Source: Vermamoeba vermiformis (taxonomy: Eukaryota). From it: DNA of 64,000 nucleotides. The translations under genes and the position numbers were made by a program. Within the stretch, counting starts at the first letter, position 1; every line of letters begins with the position of its first letter. The stretch covers positions 62,001-126,000 of the forward strand of contig JBEWZL010000253.1 in the NCBI GenBank assembly GCA_045837725.1. The letters are read 5' to 3'. Below are positions 51,878 to 64,000 of the stretch, piece by piece. A model generated the notes under the pieces. That model searched no databases and was not told where the DNA came from. It saw nothing but the letters and a program-made list of their open reading frames with translations.

Positions 51878-51936
51878 TATAATATTTGTACGTAACTTGT
51901 AAATAAACACTAATAAAACGCGAATCAAACTAATAT

Positions 51937-53562
51937 TTATTCATCGTCTTCAGGGAATAGCAAGGTGAGTTTAGCATCAAAATCTCGCTTCGTGAAATCA
52001 AAAATGCAAGTATCGCGACCCAACAAAACAGCCAAGTACTCGTCATTGCACGCAAAGTCGATCAATCCAGCACACTCTAACAAGCATATTATTATTAGTA
52101 AGGAATAATAGTGGTGTTTGTTATTGTTATTATTACCTTTGTGATAAAGCAGTTTTCCAGTTTGAGCATCGAAGAACGTCAAACCAGCAAAAGTTCCCAA
52201 AATGCACTTAAATTCGTCGAAATAAATCTTTTTGAGATGATAACTGGAGGTGTCGGTCAATGAAATATCAGTGGACCAGACTACTTGTTCGGGGCTACGC
52301 AGATCGACCATGGAAATTTTTTGAGGAGTGGCCCAACATAATAAGTTGTCTTTTAGTTTGCATATCATTGGCACAGGTGTTGTCTGTGGGCAATTAATTC
52401 GCAGAATTTCTTGGCCGTTATTTAAGTCCAGCAGTTGTAAGTACGTTCCAGCGGCTTCAATTGAAAAAATCAGATCTGATTAAAGCAAGCTGCTGCCTTA
52501 TTAAATCAACGTACCTATTATTCCTCTATTATAGTCCATATCGATGTCATTCCGAGATACGCGATAATTCGTGCCGTCAATGGCCCACATCTGCTGGCCA
52601 GTGTTCATGTCGTACAATTTAATTTGTGTCATGCTTACTAATAACAGCCGTTCATGAACGAAGTTGAATGTATCATGTGCTGAATCTCTAGAGTCATTTC
52701 CAAATTAGGAAAGATTGTTTTGCGTGCCAATCAAATGGTGACTTACGGATATGACAATCGAAAACTAAATTCTTCATCTTTGCCCTGGCGCGTTGATTGG
52801 TCGTGTCTCTTCCACCGTATTATATCAGTTCTATTTATGACTAATGTATTGTCGTCCATGCGATAACTCGAGGCAGGACCTGTTGGAACTTCGTACGATT
52901 TGAGCAACTTTCTTTCGTCCAGATCCCACTCCTCCATGATATCTAAAATAGTGAATATATTAATTAATGGTGGGTATATTAAAATAAACCGTATTATTTT
53001 GTATTTAAGAGCGAGTTCTTACCACCACGACTGCCTGTCACCAAAATATTTTGACCACTCAGCATGTGTGCAATATAAAATGTGCCACCAATTTTAGAAT
53101 GCCCTTCGAGCGCAAATTTCTCGACTTTACCATGCAGCCAGTTCACTTTGCGATTCTGTCACAAAAGAAACAAAGTTAGATCGACCAGTAATTCAATTAA
53201 AATTGCACAGAAGACCAGAAGACCCGACCGTTGATGATTCCAATACTAATTATTGGCTCATTGCGGTACAGCAATAATTTAGAATTCTTGTAGTAAATAT
53301 TTAGGAATGAAATTGAACTTACGATGTAGATCCACTTGAAGGGCCTATTATCTTCACCATTTGATGAAATGTTAATACTGGCATTTTTGCCTGATTTTTT
53401 TGGAGCAACAAACTTTCGCCAGAGCACATCCGAGCTCAGCAGCAGATTCCATTTCTGGCAGGCACTACAAGCCCGCGATAGATCTTCAGGCAGTAAATAG
53501 TCATATATAGACAATATAATCTCTTTGGGTAGCTGTGCGAACAAGTCTGTTGTGGCCTCCAT
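51937..53562 (-). CDS. F-box protein with WD-like beta-repeat region, paralog 1
   Basis: LPKEIILSIYDYLLPEDLSRACSACQKWNLLLSSDVLWRK, followed by beta-propeller-like exons (EEWDLDERKLLKSY, IYFDEFKCI, FFDAQTGKLL). Confidence 0.8.
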
Positions 53563-53761
53563 TGCAAATCAGAACGAAAACTAACAATTATTCCCTTCCA
53601 ACCTTGTTTAACTTTAGCCGACGCACCGGTACAGCAATCTGTGGAGGTTAGCATTCCTATGGTTTAATTCCTATGTTATTAAATTTTAGTTGACACGTTG
53701 CATTGGTGGACTGGCTGTCCTGTTGTCCCAATAGAATCTCGTTATGCAACAAACAACCACA

Positions 53762-55853
53762 ATGGAGACAATTCCCGTCGAAGTATGGAATTTAATTCTG
53801 AATAATATTGATTTTCCTGCAAGAGCATTGACGAAGATCTGCACCGTGTCAAAATATTTCAATTTAATTTATTTAAAAACGAGACAAAATCGTCAACAGC
53901 ATTCAGAACTGGGTAAATAATGAAAGTGATTATTGTGATAATTAATCTAATTTAATTGCAGTTGCTCCTGCTTGGTTGAACGCCATCCGGCGGAACGAAC
54001 AACTCAACAAAGAATTTTCAATTGAGTGGATGCTCGATGAGCAATTAACAAAAAATAGCTACTACCGTGATACAACACCATATGATTTGCTTCAAGACAA
54101 ACCAATAGACTTCGGTGTTGACGCGTCAGAGTTTCTTTTGGTTGGATTAGGCCCAGGCAAGTCTTGATATGACTCCAATAACTTAATGACAATTTAATCA
54201 TCGTTATGGATAGAGTTAAAGGAGATACTTCCCCTTTCTTCACGAGTCAGACTGTGGATTAGCACTGACAACCCGTCAGAACTCTTTGTCAGTCTTGGCA
54301 ACGATCGTAACAATGGTCTGTCCGTCCTATTCACTCCAATGGGCTCTACGTACGATTCTATTGTTGATGTACTTCGCAAATACAATGTTCAGCTTCGCAC
54401 CGATCCGGAAGCTTTGGAGCTGGATGTGCTATTACCTATCGCCATCTCAAAGCAGCGTTTGAGAATTACTCCAAGCTACTACTATCCAGACGAGCATCCG
54501 AACAATATCAAGCTCTACATCGGGTACGATAAATACCGAAGACAGTTCCAGTACGTGACCGATCTAACTTTTGTTTTTCTATTTAGATTTGAAACGGCAA
54601 GGTATTTTGATTTTATGACCTCTAGTCGTATTACGAATTATACGCATTTAATACCCTTGGTCGATTATCACCTTGAAGAGTGGGAGGACAAGGATCCGCT
54701 TGTTGTCAAAAAAAGAACAATATTCTCGCACTCAATAATGACCTTTTATCATTTTAAGAAGATAGTATTAGGAGGTAATTACTTAACCTGCGTATTTACT
54801 TTTGATTTTGTCCTTCGGTTCAGCTGTCTGCTTTATTTTAAATCTCGTTAATGGCTAGTTTAAGATGACTAATGTATTTTATTATGGCGTATTATTAGTT
54901 AACGATAGAGAATACTGTCCTACGTTCTTAGAGATCAACTATCCTGAAGGCTACGTCACGCCCAACCATGATCGGATCTGCGAAACGCTCAAGGCTCAAC
55001 TGCCAAAAGACTTACCAACCGATGTAATATCTGTCTTATGCTCGGTGAATTGCATCTATTCAGTGAGTCCTGGCTCAATTAATAATTCTGCAATGTATTT
55101 CTAAGAAACATTTTATTTTGTAGCCGAGCGTGTGCATCGAACAAGCAGAAAATGAATATAATGAAGAAATGAAACTATTTCTTATGGTTCTCTAGTGCTA
55201 TATTGAATCCAACAAAAAGATGCCAGATCTTGGAAAAACTTGTACACGACTCGATAGAGAGTTGGGTACGTCGTTGATTAATTACTATTATTCATAACCA
55301 AAACAATATTTCATAGGAATTGAACCTTGTCTATAAGGCTATGAAGTATTGTGCCTTAGTCAACCCCGCTGAGTTGCCACCAGAGTTTGCGAATCCAGAA
55401 ACGACCGATGGCGACAAATTTAAACAATGGCTGTTAGACCAATTAATGCACCCTTGTGACAATACTGTGCTCGTTAAGTATCCGCTGTGTATTGATAAGC
55501 CATTCCCTGCCAATCAAAAATACGATGAAAAAGTGTGGATTCGGTTACGCAAACAAGCGTTGATCGAGGGAGGCATAAAAACACCGAGTTCGAATAATGT
55601 CAATAATAACAACGAAAGTAATACGACAGAGAAAGAGAAGCCGAACAATAATAACAAGAAAAGAGCTCCAGAATCAAAACAGCGGCCTTCAGAACCAGCA
55701 CCAAAAAAGGCAAAACCAAATAAAAATAACGCCAAAAAGAGTAATAATAATGGCCAAAATAATAATACGAACGCTAATGCTGACGCTCCAAACCAGCCTG
55801 AACAACCTCGCCGAACCACTCGAATTAAAACTAAGAACGAGAACCGTAAATGA
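53762..55853 (+). CDS. F-box-like protein with Asn/Lys-rich low-complexity C-terminus
   Basis: METIPVEVWNLILNNIDF..LTKICTVSKYF F-box-like start; several exons; C-terminal basic/Asn-rich tail. Confidence 0.6.
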
Positions 55854-55974
55854 TTGGCAACGAATTCATGAACCATTCATTATTAATAAAGCTACGCGAA
55901 ACTAGGTTTTATTCGAACAAAGTGACACTTTGACACGTGTCAAACAATTTTTCTACTGTTACGTCCTTCTTCCA

Positions 55975-57720
55975 CTAGTGCTTCTTATTCTTATTCTTAC
56001 TCTTATCTTTCTTGTTCTTCGAGTCGTCACTACCCTTAGGCACTCTTCTCGTAAAGTCAAAAATTACGGGCTCAGGGGTTATCGCCACTGTTGCCAAGTA
56101 CTCGTCGTTGCAGACAAAGTCAATCACTCCACGACATTCTATATGTCACGTATTAGTCTTGATAGCAAAACTGAGAATAGTCTAGTTGTTATTACCTTTG
56201 TTGTAAAGCACTTTTCCAGTTTGCGCATCCAAAAATATTAATTGACCACTGATGTGCACAATGCACTTGAATTCGTCGAAATAAATCTTGTTAGCAGTAT
56301 AATAGTCATACTTGCTTAGATCGGTGGTCCACAGTTTTTGTTCAGGATTGCGCAGATCGATCATGGCAACTTCAGTCGGGTAAGCCCAACATACTAGGTT
56401 GCCTTCCAGCTTGCACGCATGTGGTTCAGTTGTAGGAATTCGCAGAATTTCTTGCCCATTGGTCAAATCAAGCAGTTGTAGGTAATTTTCAGCGGCTACC
56501 GATAAATATACATGTCAGATCCTTGAATTTGCGCAATACGTTATTGAACCATACGTACCTATTAGTCCTCTATTATAGTCCATATCGATAGCATTGGTAG
56601 AAAGATGATAATTCGTGCCGTCAATGGCCCACATCTGCTGTCCAGTGCTCATGTCGTACAATTTAATGTGTTCAGCGCTTGCCAACAACAGCCGTTCATG
56701 AACGAATTTGTAAGTATCATGATTTGCATCTCTATGGTCATTTCCAAATTAGGGAAGTTCTTTTTGCGTGCCAGCCAAATGGTGACTTACGGATATGGCA
56801 ATCGAAAACTAAATTCTTCATCTTTGCCCTGACGCGTTGATTTATGATGCCGTTTCCACCGTATTATATCAGATCTATTTATGACCAATGTCTCGTCGTC
56901 CATGCGATAACTCGAGGCAGGACCTGTTGGAACTTCGTACGATTTGATCAGCTTTCTTTTGTCAAGATCCCACTCCTCCATGATATCTAAAATGATGAAT
57001 ATATTCATTAATGATAGATAGATATTAAAATAAACCGTATTATTTTGTATTTAAGAGCGAGTTCTTACCACCACGACTGCCTGTCACCAGAATATTTTGA
57101 CCACTCAGCATGTGTGCAATATAAAATGAACCACCAGCTGTAGAATGACCTTTGAGCTCAAATTCCTCGACTTGACCGTGCAGCCAGTTCACTTTGCGAT
57201 TCTGCGACAATGAAACATAGTTAGATCTGAAATTTTATTGCGTACGACGAAAAAAAAGCAAAATATAATACTACTTGCATATTTCGATCAAAATGTAAGG
57301 GTTATAAAGCGATTTTTGTATTGAATATTTGAAGGAGAATGAAATTGAGACTTACGGTGTAGATCCACTTGAAGGGCTTATTATTTCGATCATTCGATGT
57401 GTCATCAATATCGCTATTATTATCTGATTTTTTTGACGCTAGAAACTTTCGCCAGAGCACATCTGAGCTCGCCAACAAATTCCAATTTCGACTGACGTTA
57501 CAGGCCCGCGACAGATCTTCAGGCAATAAATAATCATAAATACATAATATAATCTCCTCGGGCAGTGTCGCAAATTGATCTGGTGCGAATTCAATTGCTG
57601 ATTCTATCGTGGATCCTGTCAGAAATATTTCAGAATAAAATAATTTTTACCTTCATTTATTGCCGAAGCCTTAGATTGGTTCTTAGGATCTTTATTTTGC
57701 TTGCCAGCTGCTGAACCCAT
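55975..57720 (-). CDS. F-box protein with WD-like region, paralog 2 (N-terminal MG motif)
   Basis: MGSAAGK first exon splices in phase to LPEEIILCIYDYLLPEDLSRACNVSRNW. Exon structure is collinear with 51937-53562. Confidence 0.78.
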
Positions 57721-58017
57721 TTTATTTCATTTAAATTTTCGCGACCTACAATAATTATTATTCATTTGACTTCGATCAATTATCATTAATTAAATTAATT
57801 CATGCCTATTATTGTGCAATATAAACGTACTTGTCTGTTGTGGTAATATCTTTGAAATAAATTTGTCGGGCCTTTTCGCATGTCCGTTTTCTGTATCACG
57901 TGCCTTGAAATTTCCCGCGGATCGTTGAACGTAATCCCAAAGCCAACCTTGGCATTATTAATTATACTAGTAATATATTTATCGATAAATGATGGACATA
58001 TGTTACTAATACAGTAT

Positions 58018-59851
58018 TTACACGCGATACAAAGTGAGTGCAACGAAAGCTAGCACAGACTGGCGCAAGAATTCATTCGGCTTTCGAATTGTCTGCCGTA
58101 GAATTTCTGCAAAGCTTGGATTAGGACGCTCAGATCGCACGAGATCTAAGAGACAGGTATCGATCACCGAGTAAATGACTGCAATGACATGTTTCACTGA
58201 ATTGGTGAACAGAGCGGCGTGCAAACTGTCGCTGTTCATGAAACAGGAGTATACCGCTGACCAATCAAATGAAGTGATGAAAAGTAATTGCAAAGATTAC
58301 TGCCGTCAGTTGTTTTTGCCATTTTTGGAGTGTTGGTTTGTCCAGACAGATCTTGATGTACTTGAAATAAGACTCGACCAGAACTTTCATCAGCATTATA
58401 TACGCAAATATACTGAGGCTATAGGGGTATAATAATACTGCGCCTATTATTCCAAGCAAAGTCCAACCGATCAAGATCCGGTGTCGTGAAAAAATTTGAC
58501 GCGTGTCATCTTCAGACTCGTACGCAGGGTCCATTGATGCGTCGATCTTGTTGAATGTCATTACCAAAAAAGGAAGTAGGCCAGTAATAATCTCGGGACA
58601 CCTCGCTAAGGTCGTCATCAATTGTGGCACTAAAAAACACGCTGCCAAATATTCCAAGTGTTCTTTGTCGTTAGGGAATATACCAACTGTATTAACATTA
58701 CCATATTTAGTAATTAATCGTGCGAGATCCATGTTTTCATGAAAACTTACAGGTCCAGGTCAGCGGCTCGAGAATTCTGAAAAACACCAAATTCATGTTG
58801 CTAAATCTCTGCAGCATTAAATACTCATACAATCTCATCACAATCTGCGCCTTGCCGTTGTAATTCTGGGAATGAATCCACGGCAATGTTTTGTGCGGCT
58901 TGAACGTGAAAGTGTAGCCGCCCTTGTTGGATCTGGTGCAGAAGCGCCATTTCTCCGCTCCTTCAGTAAACGCCCTCACTGTAATAAGATATCTATTGCA
59001 AAAAATGTAATAATCAATGATATATTCACCAAAGTAATTAACTATGAAATAATTTTGTGTGGTGAATCCGGATCTAACAGCAAAATCGTAACTTTGCAAA
59101 TACTTACGGTTGAAATTGCACATCAATTGCACTTTCGTTTTTTAAAAGCAATAAATCACTCAATGCGCGCTGTTCTACGTCAAGCAAGTACTTGTTCAAT
59201 TTCGCCGCGCAAATTAGATCCACTAGCCTTTCACTTGTAGCTTCGTCATCGAGCTTAGTAAGTTTAACATTAGATATGTATAATATTATACTGGTATAGA
59301 CCCTTACAGGATATTCTGTCCAGAAATTTTCGAATTCCAATTTGGTCCGCAAATTCTTGGCTGCTATCATTGCTTCAAATCGAGTCCTAAACTATTTATT
59401 AGCCTCCATATTTAATATATCAACAATTAATTGTCGCGCATACCGAATTTTACGCGTCTCTGAGTCCAATAAAATTCGTTCCAGATGTACACTCGTTGAG
59501 ATCGAGCGCCAGTATTTGCTAACTACGCGACATTGCGTATAAGATTGAAAATCTAGTTGCAGCAATATACTGTCCAATAATTCCTGTTGGGATAATTGTT
59601 ATGAATTTAAAAAATCGGCGATAATATTTGAAAATTCAATAAAATATTTACATAGCTCGAAAACTCGATAAAAATTGTCCAAATACGTTATTAATATTAT
59701 GGCGTACTACTGGTAAACATTGGTCGATTAACGCTTCACTGGGAGGTGCAGGCAGATTTGGTTTTTTGCGCCTGACTGGCTGTCTTGCTTGAACGCACAA
59801 ATGGAGGAAAAATACTATTATTATAATTATATACAATATCCATGCAATCAT
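58018..59851 (-). CDS. Hypothetical membrane protein with F-box-like segment
   Basis: N-terminal hydrophobic helix; ELLDSILLQLDFQSYTQCRVVSKYWRSI is F-box-like; several C-terminal hydrophobic segments. Confidence 0.45.
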
Positions 59852-60086
59852 GTCCTCGTCGTGTTCATTTTAGTATGATTCATGAAAATGCAAAAAAAAA
59901 GGATCTTTCGACGTGATGTCAATTCTCTACCGACACTCGGTGCCATTTGGAACAAGTGTAAGCAAGTATTAGTTGAGCAATATCACAATGCACCGTTAGA
60001 ATTTTGCGATGTGATTTCCTCTGTTGTGATCTGAAATCTTTTTCAATTTACTTGTTTCAACCAGAAAACGACAACAAAAGACAACA

Positions 60087-60842
60087 ATGATCAAGTCGTG
60101 CTTGTTGCTGTGTTTGTTAGGATGCGTATTTGCACAAATGGAGCCAATGGCGATGCCCATGGCCATGACACCAACGCCCGTTAGCTCGGAACCGTGCATC
60201 TCGAACCCGCAAAATGAAAGCTGCGTGGATTTTAACTTGCCCAACCCTCAAGGCTATATTGATTCATTGTGCGGTCAAATGTCTAACATGCCTGGCTGCT
60301 CCATCCAGTCGATCTGTCAAAACCATCAGAATCTGCAATCCTCGCAATACTGCAGCGAGATTAGCGTGTTGAGAACTATCTGCACTGACATGCCTAAGAT
60401 GAAGGGCTGCGCAGACTTCACTTCGATGTGCGGCAATGGAACAGTTGTCAAACAATGTCAAACTCCGATCTTCACCATGCCGACAACGATGGGCATTGAA
60501 GAAGCCATGACTTCGATTTGCGACTCTCATCATATGGATGGCTGCGATAAGTGTCCCTCGAATTATGATTGTGATCTGCTCATGGTGTACGGCGGTGAGT
60601 TCAATGTTGATCTGATCAACTCGCCATTAAAAACTAATTCATTATAATATTTCTTAGAAATGTGCTACGTGATGCCTAAGATGACTGAATGCGCTGCATG
60701 GGCTACAATGTGCGCTGACAGCGAAGCTAAAACTTGGCCAATGTGCGACTTTTCAACGCAAAAGACACCCAACTCAGCACTGACCAATCACGTATCAGCT
60801 GCAGTATTGTCTCTCGCTGTTGGTGCTGCTATTGCTTTTTAG
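60087..60842 (+). CDS. Secreted/GPI-anchored Cys-Met-rich protein resembling the extracellular copper-binding domain of Ctr-type transporters
   Basis: Signal peptide; MEPMAMPMAM; three CxxMxxMxxC-x5/6-C motifs; C-terminal hydrophobic tail; one intron at ~60595-60658. Confidence 0.7.
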
Positions 60843-61105
60843 GGAATAAATCGTGCGGAGTGAATTGTCCGCAGATTTTTCAACTTTTAGATACGGCCTC
60901 TGAATCAAATATTCGCATCTTGACCGTTATTTAATGTCATAGTATTAATATGACGCAGTCGATCGATTCTGTTAGGGAAGTTGTACAACTGGCTATTGAT
61001 ATTTCCTAATCTGGTTCTTCAGCACGTGCAAAATCACTGTGATTGCAAAGTATCTTGCTTTTGACAATTAGTTTATATCAACGTGATAACATGTCATTAT
61101 ACGCA

Positions 61106-63249
61106 TCACCAAGACCAATTAAGTCGTCTTCCTTGCAGTGGATCCACCCAAGGATTAGCACGCTCTCGTTCCATCCGTTGAGCAATCTCGCTGAGCTTGG
61201 CTTGACCCTCTGCGCTAATCAACTGCTTCTTTTTATCACCACGACAATCGATGTGCAAGTGGTTGACGAGTGCTGCACGTGATTCAAAGTCATCTTGATC
61301 GCAAGCTTTGCACATGTAGTCGCCTTTGTCCGCGGTACATTCTCGCATGTGACGCATTAAATCTTCGTGGCTCGACAGCACAGCGACACAGCCCAACACC
61401 TTGTTCGTACACTGCAATATGGCAGCTTTGTGACGGTACGTGTCGCATCGCGTGTATTGCTGCAAGTGACAGGTGAGCACGGGTCATGAAACGTCATTCG
61501 GTGACTTACCTGACAATGTTGTTTGAAGCAATCAATCTTGCCCGACACATCGCATCGATTGCATTGATATTCGTAGTACGGACAATGCTTCAAGTGCGTT
61601 AATCGTTCTGCACGTGTCATGTCTTTCGTCTGACAACCGTGCTCGCTCAGCATGCACGACCAGCCAGGCCACTTCAGGCACACATTGTAGTGGTCCTATT
61701 AGTACGATTGCGTGATTAATTATTGGATCAGGACTAGTTGATTCTGTTAAGATCGAGTTACTTACGACTAGATCACATTTTTTCACGGCATATTTGCAGT
61801 ACGAGCACGGGATATTTTCTTCACTTTCCTCGCTGGGAATTTCATCTTCGAGCAGCTTTTCAACGAGTATCTGAAATAGGAAAAGCATGAATAATCCATT
61901 GTGATCATTGAAAGCATAATGTCCGTACCGAGCGATGTTCCCCGCCTTGCACCACGAGCTGCACACGTGTCTGCGAGTGCATCAGTAACAATGCTGCACT
62001 TTCAAGCTGCAAATAATTGCTCGTAGGATAAGCTGGAATTTTGATGACAATCTTTTTGACATGTTGACAGCGCATCACTAATGTTTGCAACTGTTCTGCT
62101 TTCATGAATTGCGGATAAATGAACTCCAAGAACCACAGCCGCGTCAATTTGTTCGAGATCAGCAGTTCAAGCACCGGATCCAACTGTCCAGCACCAGGTT
62201 TGATCGTCAATTTTTCTATATTTGGAATTTGCGCCAGGAATTCGCGATTAAAAACTTGAGTTTCCAAATATAGCGATTTTAAATTCGTGCAATCTTTGAT
62301 GTCGGGCTTTTCCACGCGCGTTGTCAGTCTTAACTCCTCGCAGGATGTTATTCGAGTTTTGGCGCTGGGGCTGAGCGTGACGGACTTGGGATTATATTGC
62401 AACAATTTTGGAGTATCAACGTTAGGACTGTCAAATGGAAGGAGCAACTCTTCCATATTTGGAAAGGCTTTGGGTACGTGAGCACATCCAGCGTTGTCGA
62501 GATCACCTGGATAAAGAGACTTGACATTCACGTCGCGTATAGTCTAAGCGCGTGACTGACGGACATAGTGGCTGGTGGAATATTTCTCCTGCTTGTGAAC
62601 CTGTTAATAAACAAACAGTTAGATCAAGCTGTAAATCCGGACAAGGTACTCCAAAATCCGATCAAAACGCATCACGATAGTATAACACGATATAACTATT
62701 AATATGAAACCATAGGTATGTTTGGCTTTAATCAGGACATACCTACAGACGGCAAAGCGATCGACTTCAAGTTCGGAAATTGGGTCAGCAATACCTTGAG
62801 CCCTGCATAGCCGATTGAAGTGCAGCCTGATAGGTCTAGGGATGTTATATGAGGGTAATCTCGCGCTAGCACTGCCAATTGCGCATCTCCGAACACATCT
62901 CGGAATCGAACTGCCGGCTTGTATTGAGTAATCCTATGTTAATATAAATCTTAATAATGATCGAGTTTACTATGGTTGAATCAATATGCTCACAATGCGC
63001 CAGGTTCGGATCGCGTGTCAGAAAAAATAAAGAAATTAATTGATTTTAATTCAAATGACGTATTTAGCACAGCCGATTGCACTAATCACTCTATTTTAAA
63101 TTATTGGCGATTACTGGTAAAATTCTTACTTACAGTTCCTGCGTGTAACGGAGATATTCTTTGTTTACGGATTTGAACGTTGAAATTAAATACTCAGCAG
63201 GGAAGAACGACAATATGTACTCTCTAATCTCAGGAGGCAACGTGTCCAT
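61106..63249 (-). CDS. F-box/LRR protein with C-terminal TRAF-type zinc-finger-like repeats
   Basis: MDTLPPEIREYILSFFP F-box; ITSLDLSGCTSIGYAGL LRR; C..GC..H...C repeats (HGCQTKDMTRAERLTHLKHC; LGCVAVLSSHEDLMRHMREC). Confidence 0.7.
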
Positions 63250-63647
63250 ATTTAAATTATGAACAGCTTCTTGTTGATTGCGACGGACAAACTGGCGAAA
63301 AATTACCTTTTTTATTTTTTGTCACCTGGCTTTCTGCACAGAAATTCTTGTAAATTAACCAAACCAATAAAGATATTTGTCAGAATGACTGGGCGTGTGT
63401 TTTGGTGGTTTTGATTTTTGGTTCGGGACAGAGAGGGATTGAATTTGGAGCCAGGACTAAATCCCGACCCCCGAAGATGGAGAAACGCGAGAAACGGCGG
63501 ACAGAAAAAACCCAAAAAAATTTTTGGTCAGAATAATTCCGGAATTCCGATCATTTTACACACGCCCACTCCGATCTCAGTTGCACAAACTGCACATCGG
63601 AAATGAGTTCAGAATCACTAGGCACTAAAACAAAAGTCAAATCCACT

Positions 63648-64000
63648 TTAATCCGTGTCCTCGTCATCGCTGAAAGTAATGTCAGGATTATATACAATTT
63701 CTTCGTCGTTAGTATTCGCTGCGTTGTTGTTACTAGCCTCGTTGTCATCGCCACCGCAGATCCAGTCCACTTGCATCGACAACACCTCGCACTGAATGTC
63801 TTTGCAACTATTCAGCGGACTGTCACTCACAATCTCGCGTGCTTCAGATTCGTCACGTGCTCGAATAATCAAAAATAACTCGCGTGCAGCTGTTGTGCCA
63901 GCCATCACCAATTTGTTCCAGAATTTCAACTCATTCACGTAAGCTTGGTGCTTCGGCAGTAATCGTTGCAATTCTTCGTGCGAAATTCCTGCAAAGACTA
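63648..64000 (-). CDS. 3' part of a gene with a YCII-like domain and acidic tail (partial)
   Basis: HQAYVNELK..KLVMAG..LFLIIRARDESEAREIVSDSP resembles the YciI/YCII pattern. The reading frame appears to continue toward the window edge. Confidence 0.5.
   Translation of the reverse strand, partial: VFAGISHEELQRLLPKHQAYVNELKFWNKLVMAGTTAARELFLIIRARDESEAREIVSDSPLNSCKDIQCEVLSMQVDWICGGDDNEASNNNAANTNDEEIVYNPDITFSDDEDTD

Overview
Gene-dense, intron-rich eukaryotic DNA (short GT-AG introns, AT-rich intergenic spacers). The gene content suggests a free-living protist, possibly an amoebozoan; this is an inference. About 27 spliced protein genes can be assembled by eye. They include two tandem BBE-like FAD oxidoreductases, a DHHC palmitoyltransferase, ATP23, a pepsin-family protease, TAF8, WASHC3, prenyltransferase alpha, mitochondrial Kae1/Qri7, a Zn2Cys6 factor, an ABCC transporter, a CBM6-like protein, a divergent histone H3 and about eight F-box-like genes. 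Three tRNA genes and a 5S rRNA gene sit inside predicted introns of protein genes. The main find is a four-member family (about 11.1-13.6k +, 20.5-22.9k -, 23.1-25.6k -, 49.3-51.9k +). Each copy has a beta-rich N-terminal domain ending in an NLS-like motif, a peptidase-S74/ICA self-cleaving chaperone (SDxxxK), a coiled coil, one TM helix and an LRR ectodomain. This is a MYRF/MrfA-like membrane-tethered, self-releasing factor with an LRR-receptor-type domain on the luminal side. Much of the ~550-bp autoprotease module, including a 64-nt intron, is nearly identical in DNA across the copies, while the flanking domains are strongly diverged. That pattern suggests gene conversion or module shuffling around a constant core. 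Gene boundaries were assembled manually and some exon edges are approximate.
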